64,000 nt of DNA, taken from assembly GCA_050287085.1 (NCBI GenBank), contig JBNKBE010000009.1:1-64000 (forward strand), written 5' to 3'. This stretch comes from Polyangiaceae bacterium. GTDB taxonomy: Bacteria > Myxococcota_A > Polyangia > Polyangiales > Polyangiaceae. The notes below the pieces were generated by a model. It was not told where the DNA came from. It saw nothing but the letters and a program-made list of their open reading frames with translations, and made no database searches. Shown in pieces: positions 18,056-28,036 of this stretch; the stretch's first letter is position 1, and the number at the start of each line of letters is the position of its first letter. The position numbers and the translations under genes were made by a program.

Positions 18056-18260
18056 CGGTCTCCCTCCGACGGGATTCGTTGACCGGCAGGCCGCTTGCCA
18101 AACAGACGCCAGCTAGACCGGCCGTGCATTGGGAAGATGAGACATTGAACGCTCGTATCAGACACTGGCGCTTGACTTGGCTCGACTCGCGCAGGCATGC
18201 AATATCCAGTCGCGTCCAATTGGCCGATGAACTGAAAACGATTTCCTAGGGGAGCCCATC

Positions 18261-18860
18261 ATGGTTCGCATCAGAGCATTCTTCTCGATCACTTCTCTTC
18301 TCGCTTGCTGCACTCTCGCGGCAGCTTGTGGCCCCAAAGCCGTTCGTGGCTCAGACGAGGCGGGCTTGGACGACGCGGCGATGAGTACCGGGCTCGACAA
18401 GAAGGACCTTCAACGCATGTTGAAGATCAACTTGGATTCACTGCAGACGTCGGGAGCAGTGCGTCGCTGGGAAGGCGAAGACCGTCCCACTGTGTCGGTT
18501 CTGCCGATTCGCAATGAAACGAGCGAACACATCGATGGCCCACTCAACGCCTTGATCTCGGACATCGAGACCTCCCTGGTCAACGGCGGGCATGTCCGCG
18601 TGGTCAGCACCCTCGATCAGCCAGAGCTGATGGAGCAGGTCAAAGCGCAGCAAACCGACGCATTCGATCAGAGCCAAGTCGCCGCTTGGGGACAACAGGT
18701 CGGAGCCAAGTACTTCGTCACTGGCAAGGTCTTCTCCAATGACGAGCGTCAATCAGGAGAACGGCGCGTTCAGTACTTCCTCTTCATGCGAGTTCTGGAA
18801 GCCGCCACTGGTGACATCCTGTGGCAGAACAAGGCGGACGTAACCAAAGCGGTGATGTAG
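18261..18860 (+). CDS. lpoB: LpoB-family lipoprotein (PBP activator-like)
   Basis: Lipobox LAAAC; IRNETSEHID, GAKYFVTG, TGDILWQN. Confidence 0.8.
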   Translation: MVRIRAFFSITSLLACCTLAAACGPKAVRGSDEAGLDDAAMSTGLDKKDLQRMLKINLDSLQTSGAVRRWEGEDRPTVSVLPIRNETSEHIDGPLNALISDIETSLVNGGHVRVVSTLDQPELMEQVKAQQTDAFDQSQVAAWGQQVGAKYFVTGKVFSNDERQSGERRVQYFLFMRVLEAATGDILWQNKADVTKAVM

Positions 18861-18864
18861 TCCC

Positions 18865-20370
18865 ATGGGGACACGAAGTGAAGCCCGGCCTTTGGTCGGG
18901 CTGCCGTGTTTTGTACCCCGCGTTGACGCTTGGTTGCGGCCAGTTCTCGCCCTCGCCTTCGCAATGGTGGTCAGCGGGTGCGCGGGCCATGCTGCAAAAA
19001 CCAAGTCCGCGCGCGACGCTCTGGATCGCGGAAACGCCAAAGCAGCGCTTCAGCTTTACAATAAGCAACTCGAAGTGGCGAGTGCCAAGGAGCTCCCCAA
19101 GGCCATCACGGGTGACGCCGCCCTGCTGCTACTCGACCGTAGCCTGGTTCTGCAGCAACTAGGCGATCTCGAGAACTCCTCACGCGATCTTCAGACGGCG
19201 GACAAGCAGGTCGAGATGCTCGACTTCTCCCGCAATACGGTAGACGAGATCGGCAAGTACATGTTCAGCGACGATACGGGACCCTACAAGGCCCCCCCGT
19301 ACGAGAAGCTGATGATCAACACGATGAACATGATCAATTACTTGCTGCGCGGCGACCTCGGGGGCGCGCGCATTGAGGCTCGGCGCTTCACGGTGATGCA
19401 GAAGTACCTGGAGGACAATAAGAGCAAGTCCGCGGCCCTTCTGGGTGGGGGCAGCTACCTGGCCGGCTTCATTTGGGAAAAGAGCGGCAACGCGCAGGAG
19501 GCAATGCTGTACTACGATGAAGCCCTACAATACGGGGACTTCAAGTCGCTACACGCACCGATCCGTGCGCTCGCGCCGCGCACCTCCTATCGCACCAAGC
19601 GCATCGAGAAGATACTCGCGGAAAACGACAACGCCGCGACCGATGAAACCGTCGACGATGGCGCCAAGAAGGCTGCGGACTCGGATGCAGCCGGCTCCGA
19701 CGGTGCCACGGAGACACAAGCCGACGCCAGCACGCCCTCGGAGGGCCCTGCGCCTTCGGATCCCGCGAAGGAAGGTGAGTTGTTGCTCATCGTCAGCTAT
19801 GGCCGCGTCCCCGCCAAGATTGCCAAGCGCGTGCCCATCGGGCTTGCTCTGGCGGCCGCCGGCAACAACTTGAGTGCAGGAGATCAGCGCCGGGCCCGCT
19901 CGCTCCAGGGCCAGGGCTTATTGACCTGGGTTAACTATCCCGAACTCGAAAGGCCCAAACGCTATCAAGCGGCCACGGCAAAGCTCGGCAATGACCCCTT
20001 GGCACTAGATATCGTCTCCGTAGACCAGCATGTGGTGGACGCCTGGGACGAAGGGAAGACCGTTCTTATCACGTCCGCCATCACGCGCATGCTCACGCGT
20101 GCTGTCGTCGGCGAGGTAACCCGCAAAGCGACCAACGACAGCCTCGTCGGCCTGTTGTTCAGCGTTGGCGCTCAGGTGACGATGACCGCCGCAGACACGC
20201 CGGACACCCGTAGCTGGGCAACGCTCCCAGGACGGATTGCTTTGGCTCGAGTGAAGTTGCCCCCTGGCAAGTACACGGTGCAGCTGCGCGCTCGGGGGGA
20301 GAGCCTGAAGTCAAACGTAGACTTGAAGCCCGGCGGCTATCAGGCAGTCAACCTCACGGTCCTGCGCTAG
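18865..20370 (+). CDS. COG3014-like TPR lipoprotein
   Basis: Lipobox VVSGC; YKAPPYEKLMIN, ARIEARR, PDTRSWATLP; usual LpoB neighbour. Confidence 0.75.
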   Translation: MGTRSEARPLVGLPCFVPRVDAWLRPVLALAFAMVVSGCAGHAAKTKSARDALDRGNAKAALQLYNKQLEVASAKELPKAITGDAALLLLDRSLVLQQLGDLENSSRDLQTADKQVEMLDFSRNTVDEIGKYMFSDDTGPYKAPPYEKLMINTMNMINYLLRGDLGGARIEARRFTVMQKYLEDNKSKSAALLGGGSYLAGFIWEKSGNAQEAMLYYDEALQYGDFKSLHAPIRALAPRTSYRTKRIEKILAENDNAATDETVDDGAKKAADSDAAGSDGATETQADASTPSEGPAPSDPAKEGELLLIVSYGRVPAKIAKRVPIGLALAAAGNNLSAGDQRRARSLQGQGLLTWVNYPELERPKRYQAATAKLGNDPLALDIVSVDQHVVDAWDEGKTVLITSAITRMLTRAVVGEVTRKATNDSLVGLLFSVGAQVTMTAADTPDTRSWATLPGRIALARVKLPPGKYTVQLRARGESLKSNVDLKPGGYQAVNLTVLR

Positions 20371-20407
20371 AGCGACTGATAGACTCGACTCTGCCGCCCT
20401 AGTCATC

Positions 20408-20446
20408 AAGAGGCGCGTTCTCCCCAGAACGCGCCTCTTTGCTTTT
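20408..20446 (+). terminator. Rho-independent terminator
   Basis: 14-bp stem AAGAGGCGCGTTCT-CCCC-AGAACGCGCCTCTT followed by TGCTTTT. Confidence 0.85.
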
Positions 20447-20491
20447 CTGGCACCCCAAACGATACCACGACAGCCCGTGACAGCCGCAATT

Positions 20492-20605
20492 GTTCCACTA
20501 TTCGGAACCCTGGCATTTCTCAATTTTCCGCTATTGCAGCCTCAATAGCGATAGCCCACACTAGTCTCGTCGACACAGACCCGCTTGTGTTCCGAATAAC
20601 GAGAC
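20492..20605. promoter_or_regulatory. Two putative IclR operator sites
   Basis: GTTCC-N7-GGAAC palindrome at 20492-20508; related copy GTTCCGAATAACGAGAC at 20589-20605 just before the IclR start. Confidence 0.6.
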
Positions 20606-20606
20606 A

Positions 20607-21350
20607 GTGAGCCGCACTTCGATGGCTGATCCCAATAGCTCAACAATTCGCAAAGCCGTCGATTTGCTCTTTGTTTTGAACCAGCACCGGGTACCGCTGG
20701 GTGTCACCGATGTCGCGCGGGAATTGGGTGCCCCCAAGGCTTCCGCCCATCGTTTGCTCCAGTCTTTGCGACACAGGGGCCTGGTCGAGCAAGACGACCA
20801 TGGCCGCTACCGGCTCGGGATGGGGCTACTCATTCTCGCCCAGGGCGTCGCGGTCGACGATCCCCTGCTCGCCGCCGCCCGAGACATTCTGCGCAAAGCC
20901 GCCAGCGACCTTCAGGAAACGTTCTTCCTGGTCGTTGCTCGAAGCGGTGGTCTACTCGTCGCGGATAAGGCCGAAGGCTCCGGATTCCTCCGTGTCTCGC
21001 CCAGCATTGGCTCGGTTGTCCCCGTTCAGGGCACGGCCGTCGGGCGAGTGTATCGGACGTTCGCCCCCGAACAGGTGGCGCGCGGCAACACCGACCACGA
21101 CGAAGCGCAGGTCATCGCGCAGTGCCGCCGTGAGCGGGTCGCTCGCAGCTACGAGGAATGGCAAGCTGGCTTGAGTGCCATCGCCGCTCCGGTATTCGAT
21201 GGCCCTCGTCTAGTAGGCGCGGTCGTCGCAGCCCTGCTTGGTCCCCGCTTGCAGCAAGTCGGCGAAGAACGAGTGCTTCAGGCTGTGAAAGCCGCGGGAC
21301 GCGACATTGAGACTCGATTGGCCACCTCCCGACTCCACCCGCCGCGCTAG
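20607..21350 (+). CDS. IclR-family transcriptional regulator
   Basis: HTH GVTDVARELGAPKASAHRLLQSL...YRLG; GTAVGR; GLSAIAAPVF. Confidence 0.95.
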   Translation: MSRTSMADPNSSTIRKAVDLLFVLNQHRVPLGVTDVARELGAPKASAHRLLQSLRHRGLVEQDDHGRYRLGMGLLILAQGVAVDDPLLAAARDILRKAASDLQETFFLVVARSGGLLVADKAEGSGFLRVSPSIGSVVPVQGTAVGRVYRTFAPEQVARGNTDHDEAQVIAQCRRERVARSYEEWQAGLSAIAAPVFDGPRLVGAVVAALLGPRLQQVGEERVLQAVKAAGRDIETRLATSRLHPPR

Positions 21351-21410
21351 TTCCCCCTCCAGCGCTGAGCGAGAGCGGCCCGCAGTGCATTTTCCTAGTG
21401 AGCAGATATC

Positions 21411-22286
21411 ATGAAAGTATGGATTGACGGACACATCACCTCCCCCAACGAAGCGCGAGTTCCCGTACTGGACCACGGCCTGTTGTACGGCGATGGAGTA
21501 TTCGAGGGTATTCGTTGCCACGATACCCGGATCGCCGACTTGGAACTGCACCTCAAGCGACTCGCTGCATCCGCACGCGCCCTCCACCTCGGACTACCTT
21601 CGCAACAGACGCTCACGGACATCGTATTTGACACGGTCGCGGCGCTTGGAGAGGCCGACGCCTACATTCGGCTCGTGGTCACACGCGGCAGTGGTGCGCT
21701 TGGGATCGACATCAGCTCCTGTGCTGAGCCAAGGGTATTCTGCATTGCCGGAGCCCTCAAACTCTATCCGGTTCGAGCGGGTGGCATCGCCATGGCCACC
21801 GTCAGCTGGCGACGACCGGATCCCGACGTGCTCGACCCACGCGTCAAAAGCCTCAACTACCTAAACAATGTCTTGTCCAAAGTAGAGGCGAAGCAGCGTG
21901 GGGCAGACGAAGCTCTGGTCCTCAATAAGCGAGGCGTGGTGGCAGAGGCAGCGGGAGCCAATGTCTTCTGCTGCAGCAGGGGGACGGTACGGACTCCGCC
22001 CCTCTCGGACGGCGCGTTGGGCGGCATCACCCGCCGACGCGTGTTGCTCGTGGCCGAGCAGTTGGGCATGCGCACGGCAGAAGCCTCCCTCAGCCGGTAC
22101 GACCTGCTCGACGCAGACGAAGTCTTCGTGACCGGCACGGGTGCGGGGATTGTCCATGTCGGCTCACTCGACGGAGCTGCACTGGGAGAGAGCCATGAAG
22201 TGTCCGACGCGATAAGCAGCGCGGCAAAACACTACATCGCCCAGTACGGAACGCCAGTTCCAGGCTTGCAACGGCTCGCAAGCTAG
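21411..22286 (+). CDS. ilvE: Branched-chain amino acid aminotransferase (class IV PLP)
   Basis: DHGLLYGDGVFEGIR, VKSLNYLNN, LGGITR, ADEVFVTGT. Confidence 0.9.
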   Translation: MKVWIDGHITSPNEARVPVLDHGLLYGDGVFEGIRCHDTRIADLELHLKRLAASARALHLGLPSQQTLTDIVFDTVAALGEADAYIRLVVTRGSGALGIDISSCAEPRVFCIAGALKLYPVRAGGIAMATVSWRRPDPDVLDPRVKSLNYLNNVLSKVEAKQRGADEALVLNKRGVVAEAAGANVFCCSRGTVRTPPLSDGALGGITRRRVLLVAEQLGMRTAEASLSRYDLLDADEVFVTGTGAGIVHVGSLDGAALGESHEVSDAISSAAKHYIAQYGTPVPGLQRLAS

Positions 22287-22408
22287 TGGGCAAGAGCCCC
22301 CGCGCCAGACTTCACCGGATCGCATTGGGTCGCGGTGGAGCGGGTCAGATCCGTCGCGGGTAGCTTGACAGCGAGGTCGGCAGGGTTCCAGGCTCAACGC
22401 CGTCGAGT

Positions 22409-24316
22409 ATGGCCCCCCACACAAGCGAGCAGGAGAGTAGGTCGAGCACAACGGGCCAAGACCTGCGAGCCTTGGAGGCCAGCCATGGAAGCGACTCCGC
22501 CGCTGAGGTCCGCGCATCACGTTGGTGGCGGAGGTTGCTACCCTACGGCCTTGTCTGGCTCTGCGGCCTGACCGCCCTGACCTGCCACCGCAAGGTCGAC
22601 TCCGGCGATTTTCCTCGCGCGCAAGCACTCTACGTCGGCGGCCCACAGTGGGGTGAACCGAGCTCGTTCAATCCGCTCGCCAGCAGCCCTGACTGGCCGG
22701 TGAAAGCGTACTTCGAGCTAATGTACGAAACGCTCTTCATCTACGACGCGTTGAGAGGGACGTTGGAACCGCATCTGGCTGAAGCCTACGAGGTCTTCCC
22801 GGATCGCGTCGAGTTAACACTGCGCACCAACGCCCGATGGAGTGACGGCCGACTGGTTACGGCCGAGGACGTGAAGTACTCGTTTGATCTTGGAGAGCAG
22901 TTTCCTGGCACTCCGGTGGCGCCTCTTTGGTCGTACATCACCGAGGTAAGAATCATCGACCCCGAAGTGAAGCAGCCTCGAAGGCTTGCACTTCAACTGA
23001 CCGCGAAGCGCCCGAATCCTCTGACGGTGCTGGACATGTTTCAGGAGCTCAGAATCATCCCGAAACATGTCTTCGAGCCGGCGATTGCCGCGGTGGGCGG
23101 GGACTTCAACGAACTCCTCAAGCAGAAGTTCGATCGCCAGCCCGTCATCTCCGGCCCTTATCAGCTGCACTCGTATAGCGGCGAGAAGATCGTCACCGAG
23201 CGGCGAGATGACTACTGGGGCAATGAGGTCTTCTTCGGTGGACGTCTCGCGGGCCCCAAATACCTTATTCACCCCATATACAAGGCCAACGATCACTATA
23301 GCGTAGCTCTGCAACAAGGGCGCTTGGACGCATCCACCTCGTTCATTCCCCGCATCTGGCTCAAGCGGCGCAAAGGAGTTCGCACTTGGTACGACGAGCC
23401 TCCTTACTTCGTGCCCACTAGCATGCCGACGCTCCTGCTTAACCATACCGTTCCGACTCTTCAAGACGTCAGGTTGCGCCGCGCGATGGCGCTTTCGATC
23501 AACTATCGCGACATTCAGGAACTCGCTGTATCGGGCTACAGCGAACCAATGCGGTCTGGCCTCGTTCTACCCTTTGGCCCCGAAGCAAAGTACTACGCAG
23601 AAGAGGACCACCTGCGCTACGGCGCAACAGTGTACGCACCAGACCGGGCAAAGCAGCTACTTCTGGACGCAGGTTACCAGCCCATCTTCGGGAAGGACGG
23701 CGAGCTACTGGAAACACGCAGCCCGGAGGGTGTCCGCATTCCAACGCTATATATCAAGTCGGCGACGGGCTGGACCGACTGGGAAGCGATCGTGCGCATC
23801 GCCGTCCGCGGCATGCGACAAGCGGGAATCGACGTACGTGAGCGATTCGTTGATGGCGCGCTGTTCTGGAACGCCACCGTCACCGGCGACTTCGATCTGA
23901 TCATGAATACCCCCGCATCGCCGCCGTCTCCCTCCAAGCCTTGGTCGCGCTTCGAAGCGGTTCTGACCTCTCACGGTTGGAAACCAATCGGCCAGAACAT
24001 GTACAAGAACCAAGGCCGCTTCAACCAGCCGCAATCTGACGGCTATGTCGCCCGGTTCGACCAACTGCTCGCACAGATTCCGACCCTCACAAGCGACGAG
24101 GCCCTCATAGCCGCATACCGAGAGCTCAACAGGCTCTTCATGCAGTATCAGCCCGCCATCCCGGTTGTGTACCGACCCCACAATTTCTATTCATACTCCG
24201 AGAAGCACTGGCGGGGGTTTGCCACAAGCCGCAATCCGTTCTTGCCACCAGCTATTCCCAGCGATGCACTCGGCACAAGGGCGCTGTGGCACCTGCGCTC
24301 GGTGGAGGACAAGTAG
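22409..24316 (+). CDS. ABC transporter substrate-binding protein, family 5 (oligosaccharide/peptide)
   Basis: MYETLF, LEPHLAE, RWSDGRLVTAEDVKYSF, SGPY, GWTDW. Confidence 0.93.
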   Translation: MAPHTSEQESRSSTTGQDLRALEASHGSDSAAEVRASRWWRRLLPYGLVWLCGLTALTCHRKVDSGDFPRAQALYVGGPQWGEPSSFNPLASSPDWPVKAYFELMYETLFIYDALRGTLEPHLAEAYEVFPDRVELTLRTNARWSDGRLVTAEDVKYSFDLGEQFPGTPVAPLWSYITEVRIIDPEVKQPRRLALQLTAKRPNPLTVLDMFQELRIIPKHVFEPAIAAVGGDFNELLKQKFDRQPVISGPYQLHSYSGEKIVTERRDDYWGNEVFFGGRLAGPKYLIHPIYKANDHYSVALQQGRLDASTSFIPRIWLKRRKGVRTWYDEPPYFVPTSMPTLLLNHTVPTLQDVRLRRAMALSINYRDIQELAVSGYSEPMRSGLVLPFGPEAKYYAEEDHLRYGATVYAPDRAKQLLLDAGYQPIFGKDGELLETRSPEGVRIPTLYIKSATGWTDWEAIVRIAVRGMRQAGIDVRERFVDGALFWNATVTGDFDLIMNTPASPPSPSKPWSRFEAVLTSHGWKPIGQNMYKNQGRFNQPQSDGYVARFDQLLAQIPTLTSDEALIAAYRELNRLFMQYQPAIPVVYRPHNFYSYSEKHWRGFATSRNPFLPPAIPSDALGTRALWHLRSVEDK

Positions 24317-25386
24317 TGCTCGACCGCACGCCGGTGCTGCGACACCTGTTGGGCCGCGGCGCTTGGTATGCCGCTACGCTGCTTGTGGCCGTCGCGGTTA
24401 ATTTCCTCTTGCCTCGTCTTGGTGACGCAAGCCCCGTAGACGTCATCATGTCCAGAGCAGCGTCGGGGCTCGATTCCCGGGCGGCGCAGGAACGGGAAGA
24501 GGGCTATCTCAAAGAGTTCGGACTGGTCGCGCTCGACGAGGCGGGAGAGATCCTGAGGACCGCGGACGGCGCCCCAGTCCCCGCTTCATTGATGTCCCAG
24601 TTTGTCGACTATCTCAGCATGACGCTAAGGGGAGATCTGGGAACCAGTATTCTACAGCATCCAAAGCCCGTAGTGGAGATCATAGCCAACGCTTTGCCGT
24701 GGACGTTGGCACTTCAACTGCCCACCATAGGCCTCGGCTGGATATTGGGCAACGCATTGGGTGCGCTCGCTGCCTACAGGCGCGGATGGTTCGACAAGGC
24801 GATGTATCCACTTGCTCTGCTCGCCAGTGCGGTACCGGCTTTTTGCTTCGGGGTATTGCTCGTATACCTCTTCGCAATTCAACTCGAATGGCTTCCTGCA
24901 GTAGGTGCCTACGACGAAAGTCTGACGCCGCGTCTCAGCTGGGATTTTCTGTCGTCGGCAGCCTATTTCTATGTCCTTCCCTTCACCTCGGTGTTCGTGG
25001 TGTGGGTCGGTGGACAAGCCATTGGAATGCGGTCCATGTGCATCTATCAGCTTGGTACTGACTATGTGCGATATGCCCAATTGCTTGGAATTAGCGAATG
25101 GCGAATTCTCCTGTACGTATTCAGAAACGCCATGCTCCCCCAGCTGACCGGGCTTGGCGTCGCGTTGGGAGCCATGGTCGGTGGCGCGGTCGTTACCGAA
25201 ATCATCTTCGGTTACCCGGGACTGGGGCTCGCGATACTCACGGCCATTCAGGGCAACGACTACCCACTGATCACGGGTTGTACGCTCCTCATCACCGTCA
25301 GCGTTCTACTGGCGAACTTCAGCGTCGATATGCTCGTCGGGTTCCTCGATCCCCGGATTAGGCGTTCGCAGAGACAAGGAGGCTAG
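24316..25386 (+). CDS. ABC permease (DppB/OppB-like)
   Basis: GDLGTS, LPWTL, DYVRYAQLLG, EIIFGYPGLG, DYPL, LDPRIR; GTG overlaps the SBP stop. Confidence 0.93.
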   Translation: MLDRTPVLRHLLGRGAWYAATLLVAVAVNFLLPRLGDASPVDVIMSRAASGLDSRAAQEREEGYLKEFGLVALDEAGEILRTADGAPVPASLMSQFVDYLSMTLRGDLGTSILQHPKPVVEIIANALPWTLALQLPTIGLGWILGNALGALAAYRRGWFDKAMYPLALLASAVPAFCFGVLLVYLFAIQLEWLPAVGAYDESLTPRLSWDFLSSAAYFYVLPFTSVFVVWVGGQAIGMRSMCIYQLGTDYVRYAQLLGISEWRILLYVFRNAMLPQLTGLGVALGAMVGGAVVTEIIFGYPGLGLAILTAIQGNDYPLITGCTLLITVSVLLANFSVDMLVGFLDPRIRRSQRQGG

Positions 25387-25393
25387 CGCGCCA

Positions 25394-26224
25394 ATGCTAC
25401 GACCCCTGCTACGTTCACCAAGTTTTGTTCTCGGTTCCAGTCTCCTGCTACTGACCATTCTGCTCGCCCTGCTCGGACCCTTGGTCTTCGACCTCAACGT
25501 CAAGAGTCGAGTCGGCCTTGCGTACATGGGACCGTCCTCCGAGCACTGGCTGGGTACCGACCACATGGGTATGGACATGTTCTCAATGCTATTGGTTGGA
25601 CTCCGTTCGTCGCTACACGTGGGCTTTCTGGCAGGACTGATCGCAACCCTGCTGGGTACCGCGGTCGGGGTATATGGCGGCTACAAAGGCGGAGTGTTGG
25701 ACGACTTGCTCACGGCCATTACCAATCTATTCCTCGTCATTCCCCAACTCATCATTCTGATTCTGCTCTCAGCTGGTCTTGACGAGGGGCGAAGTCTCAC
25801 CCTGATCGCGTTCATCATTGGATGCACCGCCTGGACCTGGAGCGCCCGAGCCGTACGTGCCGAGTCTGCAAGTCTACGCTCCAGAGACCACGTGGCGTTG
25901 GCACGCATCAACGGCTGCGGTACTCTTGAGATCGTAGCACTTCACATTCTGCCCTACTTGCTTTCGTACGTGTTCATGGTCTTTATCATTCAGACTGCCC
26001 AGGGCATTCTCGCAGAAGCCAGCATCAGCATGCTTGGGCTGGGTCCCTACGACTCTGTCTCGCTCGGGAAAATCCTCAACGAGGCGTTGCGCAATGAAGC
26101 ACTCACCGACGGAGCGTGGTGGGCATTCCTTCCAGCAATGCTCCTCGTTACCGTCGTGGCATTCTCGCTCTACGTCATCAACACCGCCATGGAGGGGGTA
26201 TTCAACCCCCGTCTGCGAAGATGA
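25394..26224 (+). CDS. ABC permease (DppC/OppC-like)
   Basis: PSSEHWLGTD, ARAVRA, EASISMLGLG, FNPRLR. Confidence 0.94.
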   Translation: MLRPLLRSPSFVLGSSLLLLTILLALLGPLVFDLNVKSRVGLAYMGPSSEHWLGTDHMGMDMFSMLLVGLRSSLHVGFLAGLIATLLGTAVGVYGGYKGGVLDDLLTAITNLFLVIPQLIILILLSAGLDEGRSLTLIAFIIGCTAWTWSARAVRAESASLRSRDHVALARINGCGTLEIVALHILPYLLSYVFMVFIIQTAQGILAEASISMLGLGPYDSVSLGKILNEALRNEALTDGAWWAFLPAMLLVTVVAFSLYVINTAMEGVFNPRLRR

Positions 26225-27207
26225 GCCTCTCCGCCAGCCCCACGCTTGAAGTAGACAAGCTCTCGGTCGAGTACCGGACGCGGGCTGGCGTTCACGTGCG
26301 GGCGGTCAGCGACGTCTCGTTCACCCTCCGCGAAGGTGAGGTTCTTGGTATCGCAGGCGAATCTGGCTGCGGCAAGTCCACCCTGGTTAGCGGATGCATG
26401 GGTCTCTACACACCGCCGCTTCACCATGTATCCGGCGACGTGCGCATCGCCAGCCGGAGCATCGTCGGCATGCCCGTGAAGGAGCATAGACGACATGTTC
26501 TCGGCACGAAGATCAGCATGATTCCGCAGGGGGCGCTGAGCAGCCTGAATCCAACCCGTCGCATTGGAGACCTCGCTCGAGACGTATTTCGAAGCCATGA
26601 GCAGCAGCTCGATCGGAAGGAACTCGACGCTCGCCTGCAAGAGCGTTTCGAGCGCATCGGTCTCAACGGCAAGGAGATTCTACAAAGCTACCCCGTCGAT
26701 CTTGCCGCTGGGACGCGACAACGCGTCGTGATCGGTATCTCTACCCTGCTCAATCCGAAGGTGGTGATCGCTGACGAGCCTACGTCCGCTCTGGACGTTT
26801 CAACGCAGAAGGCTGTCATTCGTCTCCTATTTGATTTGATGGATCAGGGCATCATATCCAGCATGTTGTTCATTACGCATGAGCTGCCGTTGCTGAGGCA
26901 TGTCTCAAGCAAGGTTGCGGTCATGTACGCAGGTCAGTTCGTTGAGTACGGAACCACAGAACAGGTGCTCTTCGACGGAAGACAGCCCTACACCAAAGCG
27001 CTCATGGGCTCGATGCTCAGCGCGAGCCAAGGGCACGGCTCCGAGGGGCCCGTCGCCCTGGAGGGCGCTCCGCCCAATCTGGCTCACCCCACCTACGGCT
27101 GTCGATTCGCCCAACGCTGCCCGCAAGCGCGTCCCAACTGTCATGAGCGCGAGCAATCACTACGAGAGGTCGCCAAGCGTTTCGTAAGGTGTGAATATGC
27201 AGAGTGA
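26221..27207 (+). CDS. ABC ATPase (DppD-like)
   Basis: Walker A GESGCGKS, IADEPTSALD, C-terminal GCRFAQRCP; ATGA overlap. Confidence 0.94.
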   Translation: MSLSASPTLEVDKLSVEYRTRAGVHVRAVSDVSFTLREGEVLGIAGESGCGKSTLVSGCMGLYTPPLHHVSGDVRIASRSIVGMPVKEHRRHVLGTKISMIPQGALSSLNPTRRIGDLARDVFRSHEQQLDRKELDARLQERFERIGLNGKEILQSYPVDLAAGTRQRVVIGISTLLNPKVVIADEPTSALDVSTQKAVIRLLFDLMDQGIISSMLFITHELPLLRHVSSKVAVMYAGQFVEYGTTEQVLFDGRQPYTKALMGSMLSASQGHGSEGPVALEGAPPNLAHPTYGCRFAQRCPQARPNCHEREQSLREVAKRFVRCEYAE

Positions 27208-28015
27208 TATGGTCTTCGAGGCCAAGCACTTGAGCCGGGTCTTCGGCCATGGCCGACACGCCGTACGTGCCGTAGACGAGGTCTCTTTCTCGATTCCGAG
27301 ACGGGGAGTGACTGCCATCGTCGGCCAGTCCGGCTGCGGGAAAACGGTCCTGGCCAACCTGCTACTGCGTCTTGTAGATCCTAGTGGCGGAAAGCTCTTG
27401 TACGAGGGGCGGGACATTCGCCAGGAACAAGATCGGCGCGTCCACTGGCGCCGCGTACAAGCGGTCTTTCAAGACCCGTTCTCCGCTTTCAATCAGTTCC
27501 TCACGATCCGCTCGCAACTGAAGAGTTCGTTTCGGCTTTTCGCGAAGAAGCCACCTGCTGCGGAGATGGAAGAGCGAATCGACCAGGCGTTGATGAGCGT
27601 CAACATTCGCCCCAAAGAAGTCGAAGGCAAGTACCCCTTCGAGCTCTCTGGAGGTCAAATGCAGCGGATGCTGCTAGCCCGCGTGTTCATACTTCGCCCC
27701 AGTGTGCTCATCGCAGACGAGCCGACCAGCATGGTCGATGCCTGCAGCCGGGCGACCATTCTAGATTATCTTCTAAGGCTGCAGTCGGAACTCGACATGA
27801 CCATGGTGTTTATCACCCATGACATCGGAATCGCCCACTACGTCGCCGACTCTCTCTTGGTCATGGCCAACGGTCAGATCGTAGAACACGGCGCCCCAGC
27901 GGACCTGGTTCGGGCGCCCCAGAGCCCCATTACCCGCCAACTGTTGGACGACACGCCGGACGCCCATCGAGACTGGCTGCCGAAGCCCAAGAGCTTTGCC
28001 GCTCAGCGGCTTTGA
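27197..28015 (+). CDS. ABC ATPase (DppF-like)
   Basis: GQSGCGKT, FQDP, ELSGGQMQR, IADEPTSMVD. Confidence 0.94.
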   Translation: MQSDMVFEAKHLSRVFGHGRHAVRAVDEVSFSIPRRGVTAIVGQSGCGKTVLANLLLRLVDPSGGKLLYEGRDIRQEQDRRVHWRRVQAVFQDPFSAFNQFLTIRSQLKSSFRLFAKKPPAAEMEERIDQALMSVNIRPKEVEGKYPFELSGGQMQRMLLARVFILRPSVLIADEPTSMVDACSRATILDYLLRLQSELDMTMVFITHDIGIAHYVADSLLVMANGQIVEHGAPADLVRAPQSPITRQLLDDTPDAHRDWLPKPKSFAAQRL

Positions 28016-28036
28016 GACGAGTTCCCTTGCCGGACC

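Noticed and set aside
26226..26238. CCTCTCCGCCAGC matching the tRNA-Ser(CGA) 3' end as an att site
   Set aside because: Only 13 bp, inside a CDS, upstream of the tRNA, and no integrase
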